Position numbers and translations under genes: made by a program | Part shown: one piece after another, positions 37,269-47,048 of the stretch | Position numbering within the stretch: the stretch's first letter is position 1 | How the letters are laid out: the number at the start of each line of letters is the position of its first letter | The notes under the pieces: model-generated | The model's database searches: none | What the model saw: only the letters and a program-made list of their open reading frames with translations | What the model was told of the DNA's origin: nothing | From: Treponemataceae bacterium | GTDB lineage: Bacteria > Spirochaetota > Spirochaetia > Treponematales > Rectinemataceae | DNA length: 64,000 bases | NCBI GenBank assembly: GCA_963678065.2 | Contig: CAXXVZ010000004.1 | Coordinates: forward strand, 672,001-736,000 | Direction of reading: 5' to 3'

Positions 37269-38150
37269 CTATGGCAGGGTACTCATGTCTTCCCTCCTCT
37301 CCGAGTTATCTTGATGTATGGCGTGTTTGATGAGCTGCCAGATCTCCTCCTCGGAGTTAAGAGGCGCCGCGGCATCAGCGATGGGTGTGACAGCGCCGGT
37401 CGCGGGGTTAAGATCGACCGGGCCATAGCGCGCCGGCCTGCCACTGCATGCCAGGTATTCGTCGTACGCATCGCCCTTGTTGTAGTGCCAGAACTCGAAG
37501 TGGTAATCAAGAAAACCATACCGGGACATAATTGCAGTGATTTCCTCTCTGTTTCTGGCCGCCTGATCGGAGATGAACGGCGAGCCCATCGGCGTTTTTT
37601 CCGACATTTCCAAGTAGAGTGCGCCCCTATCGATCTCGATGCTCCTTTCAAGAGTAAACACGGAAACATCGATCGCGCTCCCGCAGCAGTGCGTTCCGAC
37701 GCGCGGGCTCATGGCGACGAGTGCAGCGAGCCTTCGGCGGATCAGGTCGACCGAAGGAACCTGCCCGCACAACTCCCACATCACCTTGCCGAGTACCGCG
37801 GAGAATATCTCGGGCCGAAGTGCATTGTATTTCTGCATTTCGCGACTACGGTAGGCGTCTTCGATCTTCAGTACCCATCCGCGGTTGTTCATCTCCCTTG
37901 CTGCGGCGATAAAATCGGGTAGGAGGCCCTCGCGGAGGAAGAACAGCCGCGGGAGTCCTCTCGCATGAGGAAGGGGGGAGAAAAGTACCCTTACCCCTGC
38001 CTCGTGCGCCGCTTCTGGTATGAATGCGAGGGGTTCACCACATTCAGCGACGGGATACTCACAGATCGCAAGCATGAAATCGTATGCCGCGTCCATCTGT
38101 TGTTTCCAGAACAACCTGCGGTCGCTGTCATCTCCATGCCACGTGTCCAT
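37269..38150 (-). CDS. M15-family (VanX/DdpX-like) D,D-dipeptidase-like metallopeptidase
   Basis: LKIEDAYRS..Q, H..G.AIDVS and EFWHY motifs match the VanX Zn/catalytic pattern. Confidence 0.75.
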   Translation of the reverse strand: MDTWHGDDSDRRLFWKQQMDAAYDFMLAICEYPVAECGEPLAFIPEAAHEAGVRVLFSPLPHARGLPRLFFLREGLLPDFIAAAREMNNRGWVLKIEDAYRSREMQKYNALRPEIFSAVLGKVMWELCGQVPSVDLIRRRLAALVAMSPRVGTHCCGSAIDVSVFTLERSIEIDRGALYLEMSEKTPMGSPFISDQAARNREEITAIMSRYGFLDYHFEFWHYNKGDAYDEYLACSGRPARYGPVDLNPATGAVTPIADAAAPLNSEEEIWQLIKHAIHQDNSERREDMSTLP

Positions 38151-38246
38151 CGTTTGCTCCTCCCGAATCTCGCCTAGCTGTTCAACATGATAGGCTTCGA
38201 AATCGTAAGCCTTGAATCATGCGGTTGCTGATCCATCGCCCACATC

Positions 38247-39746
38247 TCAGCCGTGTTTCAGAACCTGAGCTGTTGGTATGAAATCAAGTTCTTTCTTCAT
38301 TGGAAAGACGGCCCATCCAGTATTATCATACGGCAGTTTTTCGAGTTCTGGACTACTGGCTCCTGGTGCTGCCATGATAAAGCTTTCAGAATATAGACCC
38401 GCATAGGGTGCTTTGTACCCGTTTGCGGAACGAAGAGATAATATTTGCGCCTCCGCTACAGGCAATCCGGCCGAGTTGTACATCTCCGGATCACAATTAT
38501 CTATCCGGTTTTCCATAACCAACACATGAAGACTTCCATCACGAAGGATGGCAGTCCTGCCGCAATCGCACTTAAGACCTGTAAACATGGGCCCCTTGAA
38601 TTCGAAAAGGCCAGAGCAGACTCGTTCTACTGTCCATGTATGATGCATAGGTTCGCCATATTCCCTGGTTATGCTGTGTCCGAGGTCAACCTCAATGATG
38701 GCCCCCTCACCCATTTCCGTTGCAAGTATTGCCACTGGTGCATCCACGATATTGGCATAGACTTTGAAATCCCGTGCATATTCGAGCAGGCCGCGTATAA
38801 CCGCCACACTGTCACTGGATGAACCGGCGCTTGGCGAATCGGCCGAGTACACAAATAGCGCGGGTTTTCCAGGTACTATGGCCAATAGTTGAACAGCATC
38901 CTGAACAGTGTATGTCCGCACTTGAAGTTCTTTGCGCATATTCCACAGCATATCACCCAGTTCCACAGCATATGCCGCCGCTTTTTCATCGCTATTTGCA
39001 TATACGGTTACAGCACAGCCGACCCCGTGTATATTAAGCCAAGGCTGGACACAGGAAACGGTGACAGATAGAACATCGGGCTCGTGTTCCATCTCATCTG
39101 CACGCAGCATCACCTTTACCAGAGGCAACGCGGACGTGTCACCGGCTTCGGCCGGAAATATCAGCGGGATCTTAACCAGGGCACAGACATCATTGCGACG
39201 GCTCCTAAACTTCTCTATCACCAACCTAGCCGCATCAATACCCCTCTCCTTAAGGTCCATATGCGGGTATGTTTTGTACCCCACGATATAGTCGGCATTG
39301 GAAAGCATACGAGCAGTCATATTCGCATGCATGTCAGTAGTTGCACCGATAACACAAATTTTTCCGGCACATTGGCGGATTTCCTCGAGAACGTAACCCG
39401 AACCGTCTGGCTCTCCTTCGATGCACATCGCGCCGTGCAGGCTTACAAGGATTACGTCAGGCTCAATGGCAGAAATATCGCGCATGATTCGTTCCATTAT
39501 GATGTCGGAGGCTTTCTTGGCTACAATGCCGCTCGCGCCAAAGCGGGCATAAGCAGAAAAATAAACCTCTGCACCGTTTTCAGTAAGTATTTCATTAAAT
39601 CCCCGAACCTCAGTGCCGTCATCCTTAATCATTCCGGAGGTGTCATCTCCTAAAAAAAACAAGAAACCCGCACCTTCGGTAATTGTGGCGACAACAGGGC
39701 AAAAGCTATTGCTTTCCTGACAAAATTCTGCGATTAGTGCCTTCAT
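38247..39746 (-). CDS. M81-family (MlrC-like) metallopeptidase/amidohydrolase
   Basis: QESNSF, SLHGAM, DMHAN, YKTYPHMD and ADSPSAG motifs. Confidence 0.88.
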   Translation of the reverse strand: MKALIAEFCQESNSFCPVVATITEGAGFLFFLGDDTSGMIKDDGTEVRGFNEILTENGAEVYFSAYARFGASGIVAKKASDIIMERIMRDISAIEPDVILVSLHGAMCIEGEPDGSGYVLEEIRQCAGKICVIGATTDMHANMTARMLSNADYIVGYKTYPHMDLKERGIDAARLVIEKFRSRRNDVCALVKIPLIFPAEAGDTSALPLVKVMLRADEMEHEPDVLSVTVSCVQPWLNIHGVGCAVTVYANSDEKAAAYAVELGDMLWNMRKELQVRTYTVQDAVQLLAIVPGKPALFVYSADSPSAGSSSDSVAVIRGLLEYARDFKVYANIVDAPVAILATEMGEGAIIEVDLGHSITREYGEPMHHTWTVERVCSGLFEFKGPMFTGLKCDCGRTAILRDGSLHVLVMENRIDNCDPEMYNSAGLPVAEAQILSLRSANGYKAPYAGLYSESFIMAAPGASSPELEKLPYDNTGWAVFPMKKELDFIPTAQVLKHG

Positions 39747-39880
39747 CGGAACCTCCATGTTTCGCAACAAATGCCAATAGATATTTCCCTTCAAATGAAG
39801 GTTACTATTGATGTCGCGGTTGCTACTATTTCAGTGGGCGACACACTGATTTTTGGAAAATGATCTAAAATAGGTTCAGG

Positions 39881-40909
39881 TCAGTTTTCGTTTTTTTTAT
39901 TTGCGTACAGCGCCTTACGGTGTACGTTCAGGAGCCGGCTTGCGGTCTCGTTGTAATAATGGCATGCCACAAAATGTCCGGGTTCCGCCTCATAAAGTTT
40001 GGGTAATTCTTGTCTGCATTTCTCCTGAACCATCCAGCAACGCGGTGCAAATCGGCAACCTGGTTTCGGATTGATAGGACTCGGTACATCACCTTCCAAC
40101 ACGATTCGCTCGGCTTTTTTTTGTATATCAACGCTCAAGACTGCCGATAACAGAGCTATCGTATAGGGGTGTTTTGGACTTTCAAATATTTTATCCGTCT
40201 CGGTCATCTCAACAATTTTGCCAAGATACATAACGGCTATCCGATTTGAAATGTGGCGCACGACACTGAGGTCATGCGAGATGAACAGATATGACAGCTC
40301 CATTTTTTGCTGTAGGTCAATGAGCAGATTAATAATCTTGGCTTGAATGGACACATCAAGCGCCGATACAGGCTCGTCACAGACAATGAAACCGGGCGAA
40401 AGCGACAGCGCCCTCGCTATGCCTACGACCTGCCGCTTGCCTCCATCCAACTCATGGGGGTACTTGCTCCACATGTCCTCAGTGATGCCTGTCATCTCCG
40501 AGATCTTTCTCATACACTCCACAAGCTCATCGCCTTTAGCCAACTTATGTATGGAGAACGATTCGGAAAGTATGCTGCGAACCGTCTTTTTGGGATTGAG
40601 GGAGGAGTAGGGATCCTGAAAAACAATCTGCATTTTCTTGCAGTATTCGCGTTGGGCGGCTTTGTTAAGGGACAAAATATCCGTACCTTGGTAGATGATC
40701 TCGCCTCCACTTGCAGAAAGAAGACGGAGGAGCACATTACCGACGGTACTTTTTCCGCATCCCGATTCGCCGACAAGCCCAAGGGTCTCCCCTTTACGGA
40801 TAGTAAAGCTGATATCATCAACTGCAAAAAGTGTGCCTTTGTTTTTAACCGGAAAATATTTCTTCAGGTTTCGGACTTCAATGAGGGTTTGCGAACTATT
40901 CTCATTCAC
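39881..40909 (-). CDS. Oligopeptide/dipeptide ABC ATP-binding protein (OppF/DppF-like)
   Basis: GESGCGKST, VFQDPYSSLNP, YPHELDGGKRQ, CDEPVSALD, HPYT and C-terminal Cys cluster. Confidence 0.93.
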   Translation of the reverse strand: MNENSSQTLIEVRNLKKYFPVKNKGTLFAVDDISFTIRKGETLGLVGESGCGKSTVGNVLLRLLSASGGEIIYQGTDILSLNKAAQREYCKKMQIVFQDPYSSLNPKKTVRSILSESFSIHKLAKGDELVECMRKISEMTGITEDMWSKYPHELDGGKRQVVGIARALSLSPGFIVCDEPVSALDVSIQAKIINLLIDLQQKMELSYLFISHDLSVVRHISNRIAVMYLGKIVEMTETDKIFESPKHPYTIALLSAVLSVDIQKKAERIVLEGDVPSPINPKPGCRFAPRCWMVQEKCRQELPKLYEAEPGHFVACHYYNETASRLLNVHRKALYANKKNEN

Positions 40910-41882
40910 TGTATGCTCCCTCCTTTTCAAAAAGATAGCACGAAACAAAATGGCCGCCGTTCATCCTATACGCAGGCGGTTCATCGATTTTGCATTTTTC
41001 CATGCAATAGGCACAGCGCGGATAGAACTTACATCCACTAGGAAGGTTATTTGCGCTAGCGGCGATACCCTTGATGGCAACGAGACGGTCTCGTTGCCCT
41101 GATATCTTGGGAATGGACCCCAACAAACCGATTGTGTAAGGATGCTGAGGCCGTCCAAAAACCTCTTCCACCGTACCGTGTTCGAGAATGGTACCCGCAT
41201 ACATAACCGCCACTTTCTGGCACAACTCCGCAATAACGCCCAGATTGTGTGTAATCATGAGAAGCGAGCTGGAAAATTTTTGCTGCAGCTCCTTTATAAG
41301 TTCGAGTATCTGTATCTGAATGGTAACATCCAGTGCTGTAGTGGGTTCGTCCGCTACCAACAGTGCGGGATCACAAGCGAGCCCTGAAGCTATGCCCACA
41401 CGCTGTCTCATTCCACCAGAAAACTGATGCGGATATTCGGTTAATCTCGAGCTAGGAATTCCAACAACTTCCAGCATCTCTCCGGCTTTCTCAAGCGCCT
41501 GCCGGTTGTTCATATGTTTGTGCCGCCGGTAAACCATGGCAATCTGTTCCCCCACGGTGAATACCGGGTTCAGTGAGGTAAGGGGATTTTGAAAAATCAT
41601 GGCCATACGATTGCCCCGTAAAGACGCCATTTCATATTCCCTGAGCTTGAAAAGATTTTTGCCTTCAAAAGTAATTTCACCGCTCGTAATGACTCCTGCG
41701 GGCTTTGCAAGCAGGCGGAAGATAGACAGTGCCGTAGTGGTCTTGCCTGAGCCAGATTCACCCACAAGCCCGACCGCCTCTCCTTTATTGATTGTCATAT
41801 GAATGTGGTTCACCGCTTTTGCAATGCCGAGGTCGGTGCGGTATTCGACCGCGAGATTTTTGATTTCAAGCAATTTTTCCAT
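40902..41882 (-). CDS. Oligopeptide/dipeptide ABC ATP-binding protein (OppD/DppD-like)
   Basis: GESGSGKT, YPHQFSGGMRQR, ADEPTTALD and HPYT motifs. Confidence 0.94.
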   Translation of the reverse strand: MEKLLEIKNLAVEYRTDLGIAKAVNHIHMTINKGEAVGLVGESGSGKTTTALSIFRLLAKPAGVITSGEITFEGKNLFKLREYEMASLRGNRMAMIFQNPLTSLNPVFTVGEQIAMVYRRHKHMNNRQALEKAGEMLEVVGIPSSRLTEYPHQFSGGMRQRVGIASGLACDPALLVADEPTTALDVTIQIQILELIKELQQKFSSSLLMITHNLGVIAELCQKVAVMYAGTILEHGTVEEVFGRPQHPYTIGLLGSIPKISGQRDRLVAIKGIAASANNLPSGCKFYPRCAYCMEKCKIDEPPAYRMNGGHFVSCYLFEKEGAYSE

Positions 41883-41896
41883 TTTGCACCTTTACC

Positions 41897-42751
41897 TTAA
41901 TGCTTCATTTTGGGGTCAAGCACATCACGTATGCCATCGCCCAAAAAATTAAAGGCCAGTACGGCGATCATAAGCGCAATGCCCGGAACCAGTACGACCC
42001 ATGGTGCGGTCGCTATATACTCGCGGCCGCTGGCAATCATTACGCCCCATGACGGAGCTGGTGGTGGCACGCCTAGTCCCAGAAAACTGAGGGATGCTTC
42101 GACCAGAATGATGAAACCGAACTGCTGGCTTATAAGAATAATCAGTGGTGTGAGCACATTTGGCAGCACCTGCGAGAACATAATCCTGAAATTCGAAGCC
42201 CCCAGAACCTGTGATGCCTTAATAAATTCCATATTCCGTATACCCATGACGTTGCTACGCACAACACGTGCAAACTGTACCCATGTGGTTATGACTAAAA
42301 CAATGATAAGATTCGGGATGCTCGGTCCAAGCACTGCAGAGACGGCAATCGCGAGTATCAGGCTGGGGATAGATAACTGAACATCCGCTAAACGCATAAT
42401 GACCGTATCCACAATTTTTCCGAAATAGCCGGCAAAGATGCCCAGAACCGTGCCGATAAACGCGCTAATCAACACCGTCGAAGAAGCGATAATCATGGTT
42501 ACCCGGCTGCCTATGATCAAGCGGGTTAAAACATCCCGGCCAAGTTGGTCGGTGCCCAGGATGTGCCCCTTCCAACCATTTTTTAAAAATTCTGGAGGTA
42601 TGAGACGATTCATGAGATTGGCCTTAGTTGGACTATGTACCGTAAGCATCGGCCCGAAAATTGTGACCAGAACCATAAATAGAGCTACAATGAGACCAAT
42701 CATGAAAAATTTGGAACGTGACATTCTACGGGGTAATTCATGCATGTTCAT
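41897..42751 (-). CDS. Oligopeptide/dipeptide ABC permease (OppC/DppC-like)
   Basis: HILGTDQLGRD, EASLSFLGLGVPPP.PSWG and NFLGDGIRD.LDP motifs. Confidence 0.93.
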   Translation of the reverse strand: MNMHELPRRMSRSKFFMIGLIVALFMVLVTIFGPMLTVHSPTKANLMNRLIPPEFLKNGWKGHILGTDQLGRDVLTRLIIGSRVTMIIASSTVLISAFIGTVLGIFAGYFGKIVDTVIMRLADVQLSIPSLILAIAVSAVLGPSIPNLIIVLVITTWVQFARVVRSNVMGIRNMEFIKASQVLGASNFRIMFSQVLPNVLTPLIILISQQFGFIILVEASLSFLGLGVPPPAPSWGVMIASGREYIATAPWVVLVPGIALMIAVLAFNFLGDGIRDVLDPKMKH

Positions 42752-42764
42752 TTTTACACCCCAA

Positions 42765-43685
42765 TCAGTTTAGATTCAGGCGGGGATCGGCTATCGTGTA
42801 AAGGATATCGACAACAAGGTTTACAAAGACGAAAAGCGAGGAAACAACAAGCAGAATAGCTTGTACCAAAGGAAAATCGCGGAGGTTGATTGCCTGTATC
42901 GTAAGTGTGCCGATACCAGGCCAACCGAAAATCTGTTCTGTGGCAACAGCTCCACCTAAAAACGAGCCTATCTGTATGCCGATGATTGTAATAACAGGGA
43001 TGATCGCGTTTTTGAATGCATATTTGCAAACGACGGTCAGTTTACTCATGCCTTTGGCATACGTTGACGTGATGTAGTCTTCCTGCAGAATTTCTATCAT
43101 GCCTGAGCGCATCATACGCGTGACAAGCGCAGCCATAGGTGTCCCCAGCGTGATAGCTGGCATTACGAAATTGACAAGCTTTCCATACCCCAGTGCAGGA
43201 AGCCAATGCAGATTGACTGCAAGTACGAGAATGAGCACAAGCCCTATCCATATCGGAGACATCGACTGACCGAGCAGCGCAAAAAGCATCGCCCCGACAT
43301 CAACGCCTGTCCCTCTCTTTGTCCCTGCAATGAGTCCTAAAGGAAGCGAAATAGCAAGCGATAGTAATACAGCCACAAATGTCAGGATTGCAGTGGCCGG
43401 CAAGCGCCCGAAGATAAGGTTGGAGCACGGCTGGGCATAGAAAAGTGAATTGCCAAGATTTCCGCGAAGCACGTCTTTCATATATGTAATGTATTGTTCG
43501 GGTAGCGACCGATCCAGCCCAAGTCTCTTTTCCATCATGGCAACCTGATCAAGTGTGGCGCCATCCGGGAGCATGAGCCGAGCAGGGTTGCCAGGCGTCA
43601 AATGTATCAGTGAGAAAGATATGATGGACACGCCAATAAGTACGAGAATGGCCTGCCACAATCGCTTGAGGAGAAAATGCAGCAT
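42765..43685 (-). CDS. Oligopeptide/dipeptide ABC permease (OppB/DppB-like)
   Basis: LLKRLWQAILVL, GNLGNS, AKGM..YAFKNA, EQIFGWPGIG and DPRL motifs. Confidence 0.93.
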   Translation of the reverse strand: MLHFLLKRLWQAILVLIGVSIISFSLIHLTPGNPARLMLPDGATLDQVAMMEKRLGLDRSLPEQYITYMKDVLRGNLGNSLFYAQPCSNLIFGRLPATAILTFVAVLLSLAISLPLGLIAGTKRGTGVDVGAMLFALLGQSMSPIWIGLVLILVLAVNLHWLPALGYGKLVNFVMPAITLGTPMAALVTRMMRSGMIEILQEDYITSTYAKGMSKLTVVCKYAFKNAIIPVITIIGIQIGSFLGGAVATEQIFGWPGIGTLTIQAINLRDFPLVQAILLVVSSLFVFVNLVVDILYTIADPRLNLN

Positions 43686-43810
43686 ATTAACCTCCATACG
43701 CATTGCGCATTAAAATAGTGACACCCTCTTTATACTATTGGTTACTGTATATCCCTCATTGTCTGCCTATTGTTTCAAGTTGAAACTAGATTCGATATCT
43801 CGAGGTATCA

Positions 43811-43837
43811 GGGGACCGGCTTCGTTGGCCGGCCCCC
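43811..43837 (-). terminator. GC-rich stem-loop downstream of the binding-protein gene
   Basis: GGGGACCGGC-TTCGTTG-GCCGGCCCCC; no clear U tract, so it may instead be an mRNA-stabilising hairpin. Confidence 0.5.
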
Positions 43838-43862
43838 AAGAACTTGGGTTACAGACTCATGA

Positions 43863-45362
43863 TTATTTCTTTATAACGTCACTGAAATCAGTTATTCGGT
43901 CCCCATAAATGATTACATTCGATATATTTTTCCTATAGACAATTACACTTTCCAGCTGATAAATGTATGCCCACGGTGCAAGATTTTTATATGCTTCCTC
44001 GGCAGCTTGGCGTAACAGTTCTACACGTTTTTTCAGGTCGGTCTCTCGGTTGGAAGCCAATACTAGATTGTTAAGCGTATCACTCTTTAAACCGGAGTGC
44101 AGGCTGTCTCCTACCCACCGTTGAGTCCAGTTTGTCGCGGGGTCCCCGTATCCATGGGAACAGCCTGTTATATAAAGGTCATACTGCCCCGACATCCGGC
44201 GCTGCTGGAAACCAGCGCCCTCTAGCATTTCGAGGTTTACATTGAAGCCCACATCAGTCAGCATGGATGCGATTGCTTGGAGCACCTCGACGATTCGAGG
44301 GTAGTTGCCGTTCGGGCCGATAAGACGGATAGTTGAGCCGTTATATTTGGATTTACTGAGGTAGTCCTTTGCAAGCTGCACATTGAACTCAGGCACCCTA
44401 CCATTTGGATCAAAACCCATGACCACGCTCGACACAGGCCAGCTGGCGGGTGCACCACCGCCTACGATTTTGTCCACCAATGCCTGGCGGTCAATAGCAT
44501 GATTGACGGCTTTACGTGCGTTGATATCTGAGAAAATACTCTCCGTACAGCGGAAGCCGATATAGATCTGGTCGGTACTCATGACCCTGTCCACTCTGAG
44601 GTTTGAGTCGCGGAGGAGCATGCTTACCTGGTCGGATGGGACGCCGTCTGCCATATCGATATCACCGGTGCGCACAGCGGAGACTCGGGTGGTGTCCTCT
44701 GTAATGGACCTATAGATAATCTTGTCGACGTTTGAGGTCACTTTCCCCCAATAATCAGGATTCCGAACAAATACAACGCGTTGTCCAGGCACCCACTCTA
44801 CGAATTTCCACGGGCCGGAACCTATGTTGTCTTTGAACATATCGACGCCTTTTGCCTGAAAGAGTTTGCCCGGAGTGACTGGGAACTGGCACATGACAGT
44901 CAGGAAATCTCCCTTCTTCTCTGTCAAATAAAATACGACAGTGGTAGGATCCGGCGCTGCAATCTTCTGGAACGCTGTGAAGAGACTGGCACGGATAAGG
45001 GTCTTGTCGTTAATAACACGGTCGAATGTGATCTTGACGTCTGAGGACGTAAGTTTATCACCGTTGGTAAACTTGACATCGTCTCTGAGATTGAAGGTCC
45101 AAACCAAGCCGTCATCGCTAACCTTCCACTTAGTTGCGAGTTGCGGAGTAAAATTGCCTTTATGGTCTGTTCCAATCAGGTAGTTGTAGATAAGTGGGTA
45201 TAACATATAATTGACCATGCTGTTCTGATCAAACGTATCCCACTTCTGAACCTCCTCGGATCGACCATATGTGAATACTACTTCATTTTTCTTCGCCGAG
45301 GTTTGTGCGGAGAGGGATGTTACGATCAAAACCGTCAAAACCAGTAGAATAAATCTTTTCAT
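43863..45362 (-). CDS. ABC substrate-binding protein, family 5
   Basis: PQLATKWKVSDDGLVWTFNLRDDVKFTNG, IGSGPWKF and RNPDYWG motifs; signal peptide; RBS AAGGGGG. Confidence 0.92.
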   Translation of the reverse strand: MKRFILLVLTVLIVTSLSAQTSAKKNEVVFTYGRSEEVQKWDTFDQNSMVNYMLYPLIYNYLIGTDHKGNFTPQLATKWKVSDDGLVWTFNLRDDVKFTNGDKLTSSDVKITFDRVINDKTLIRASLFTAFQKIAAPDPTTVVFYLTEKKGDFLTVMCQFPVTPGKLFQAKGVDMFKDNIGSGPWKFVEWVPGQRVVFVRNPDYWGKVTSNVDKIIYRSITEDTTRVSAVRTGDIDMADGVPSDQVSMLLRDSNLRVDRVMSTDQIYIGFRCTESIFSDINARKAVNHAIDRQALVDKIVGGGAPASWPVSSVVMGFDPNGRVPEFNVQLAKDYLSKSKYNGSTIRLIGPNGNYPRIVEVLQAIASMLTDVGFNVNLEMLEGAGFQQRRMSGQYDLYITGCSHGYGDPATNWTQRWVGDSLHSGLKSDTLNNLVLASNRETDLKKRVELLRQAAEEAYKNLAPWAYIYQLESVIVYRKNISNVIIYGDRITDFSDVIKK

Positions 45363-45446
45363 TCTAAGTCCCCCTTGAAAAATTTTCGAAGTCTGAAATG
45401 AACAATCAAGATTCAACTGATAACCTCCTTATTGCCTTTTACTCAC

Positions 45447-46268
45447 CTATGCCAGTCCCCACAGAGAACGCACTATATTTGCTGAATCTGCGATGCCATC
45501 AATTGTTGTACTTACACAATCTTCAATGCAAAGCCATCCGTTAAACCCTCTGGACTTCAACAGTGAAAAAGTGTCCCTGATGGGAGCAAGGCCATTACCA
45601 ATCTTTGTAGGCGTAAGTTTACCGACAGTTGAGGTGTCTGCAACGTGAACAGTCTCAACCCTTTCAATAACTTTGGAGAGTATCTCCATGGTATCGTCTC
45701 CATACGCCAGTACGTTGGCCGTATCAAAGTTTACTTTGATGCCGGTTTCAGAAAGTCCTGCGACAATTTCAAGAAAGATATCAGAAGGGTGTGAAAAGTC
45801 GGTATATTGCCAGGCCGAAGGTTTGGAATGGTTTTCATACACCAGAGTCACTCCGAAACGCGAGGCGAACTCATCCGCTTTTTTAAGGCTAAAGAGTACA
45901 TTGCACACACTTTCCGAGCGCCTTATATGTGGATGCGCCTGTCCGGCCAAGACCCTGACATAACGTGCACCCAGTTCCGAACTGAGTGCGATATCACTGC
46001 ATAGGTAAGCGAATTCACGTTCACGCTGTACCGGATCAGGATGAGTGAAATCAGGATAAGAGACGACCATTACGATGGGAGTCTTTATTGTTTTCAAACT
46101 CTTAATAATAGGCGCAAGATGGGCTGGTGAATGATTTTTTAAAAAATGTGTACTAATATCCACGCCATCCAAACCGCCCGTGACACCGCTTGAAGCCCAA
46201 CAGGGAATATCCATCTCGCCGCGCAAAAACAAGGGGAACATTGCTACAGGCAGACAACTTACTTTCAT
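45447..46268 (-). CDS. Sugar phosphate isomerase/epimerase family protein (xylose-isomerase-like TIM barrel)
   Basis: LVYENH, NFDTAN, VHVAD, IGNG and FNGWLCIE metal-ligand pattern. Confidence 0.83.
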   Translation of the reverse strand: MKVSCLPVAMFPLFLRGEMDIPCWASSGVTGGLDGVDISTHFLKNHSPAHLAPIIKSLKTIKTPIVMVVSYPDFTHPDPVQREREFAYLCSDIALSSELGARYVRVLAGQAHPHIRRSESVCNVLFSLKKADEFASRFGVTLVYENHSKPSAWQYTDFSHPSDIFLEIVAGLSETGIKVNFDTANVLAYGDDTMEILSKVIERVETVHVADTSTVGKLTPTKIGNGLAPIRDTFSLLKSRGFNGWLCIEDCVSTTIDGIADSANIVRSLWGLA

Positions 46269-46306
46269 CAGGCCTCCCTTACTCGTAAAGCCATAGGGTT
46301 CAACTT

Positions 46307-47014
46307 TTACATGATCTTGTCCTGTCGCTCCAATGCCGCCCTGATATTATTCTCGATATGCTGTTGCATCACCATAGAAGCCTTTTCTGGTTCCCTGTTT
46401 TTGATATGCTCAAAAATCTGGGTATGAAACTCAACGCCATTCGTATAACCGGTTATGGCAGTGGTATGTTCCATAGCAAGGTTCATCATTTCACCAAGAA
46501 TACTAATGGTCTTTATTACCATACTGTTCTTTGTACTTATTGCTAATAACATGTGAAAATGCTGGTCTTCCAAAGCATAAGCTTTCATATCGTTTTTCCG
46601 TACACATTCCATCTGGTTTTTCACACTCGATCCAAGCGCTTCAACATCCTCTGCTCGTGCCTTGAGTGCTGCATAGAATGTTATTGATGGTTCAATGATC
46701 TTTCTAAATTCTTGCACTTCCAGATACGCGGGCGTTTCCATAATGAAGAGCTGTCGAAGGTTTCCGAAAAAACCATCTGGTAGAACTTCGTTGACATAAG
46801 TTCCCTCACCGTGCTTCGTGGTTAGGATGCCTTGACCAACAAGTTGAGAAATTGCGTGCCTTACTGAAGTGCGACTGACGTTGAACTGGCTTGCAAGATC
46901 AAATTCACTCGGTATTTTTTGCTTCGCGAGCCACGCGTTGCTTTTGATCTGTTCTACTATAAAATCGCTGATTAATTCGCTTTTACGTTTATCGCTTATT
47001 GGACTAATATTCAT
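46307..47014 (-). CDS. GntR/FadR-family transcriptional regulator
   Basis: KIPSEFDLASQFNVSRTSVRHAI..GEGTYV winged HTH plus FCD domain (D..FH...T.N, H..I...M..HI). Confidence 0.93.
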   Translation of the reverse strand: MNISPISDKRKSELISDFIVEQIKSNAWLAKQKIPSEFDLASQFNVSRTSVRHAISQLVGQGILTTKHGEGTYVNEVLPDGFFGNLRQLFIMETPAYLEVQEFRKIIEPSITFYAALKARAEDVEALGSSVKNQMECVRKNDMKAYALEDQHFHMLLAISTKNSMVIKTISILGEMMNLAMEHTTAITGYTNGVEFHTQIFEHIKNREPEKASMVMQQHIENNIRAALERQDKIM

Positions 47015-47048
47015 TCACTGCCTCCTCTTTCAAGTTCGTTCCATATCT

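Noticed and set aside
37269..38150. VanX-like gene as vancomycin resistance
   Set aside because: No vanH, vanA/B ligase or vanRS nearby; the context is a peptide-type ABC catabolic operon.
38247..39746. MlrC as evidence of microcystin degradation
   Set aside because: M81 is a broad family, and no mlrA, mlrB or mlrD homologue was recognised.
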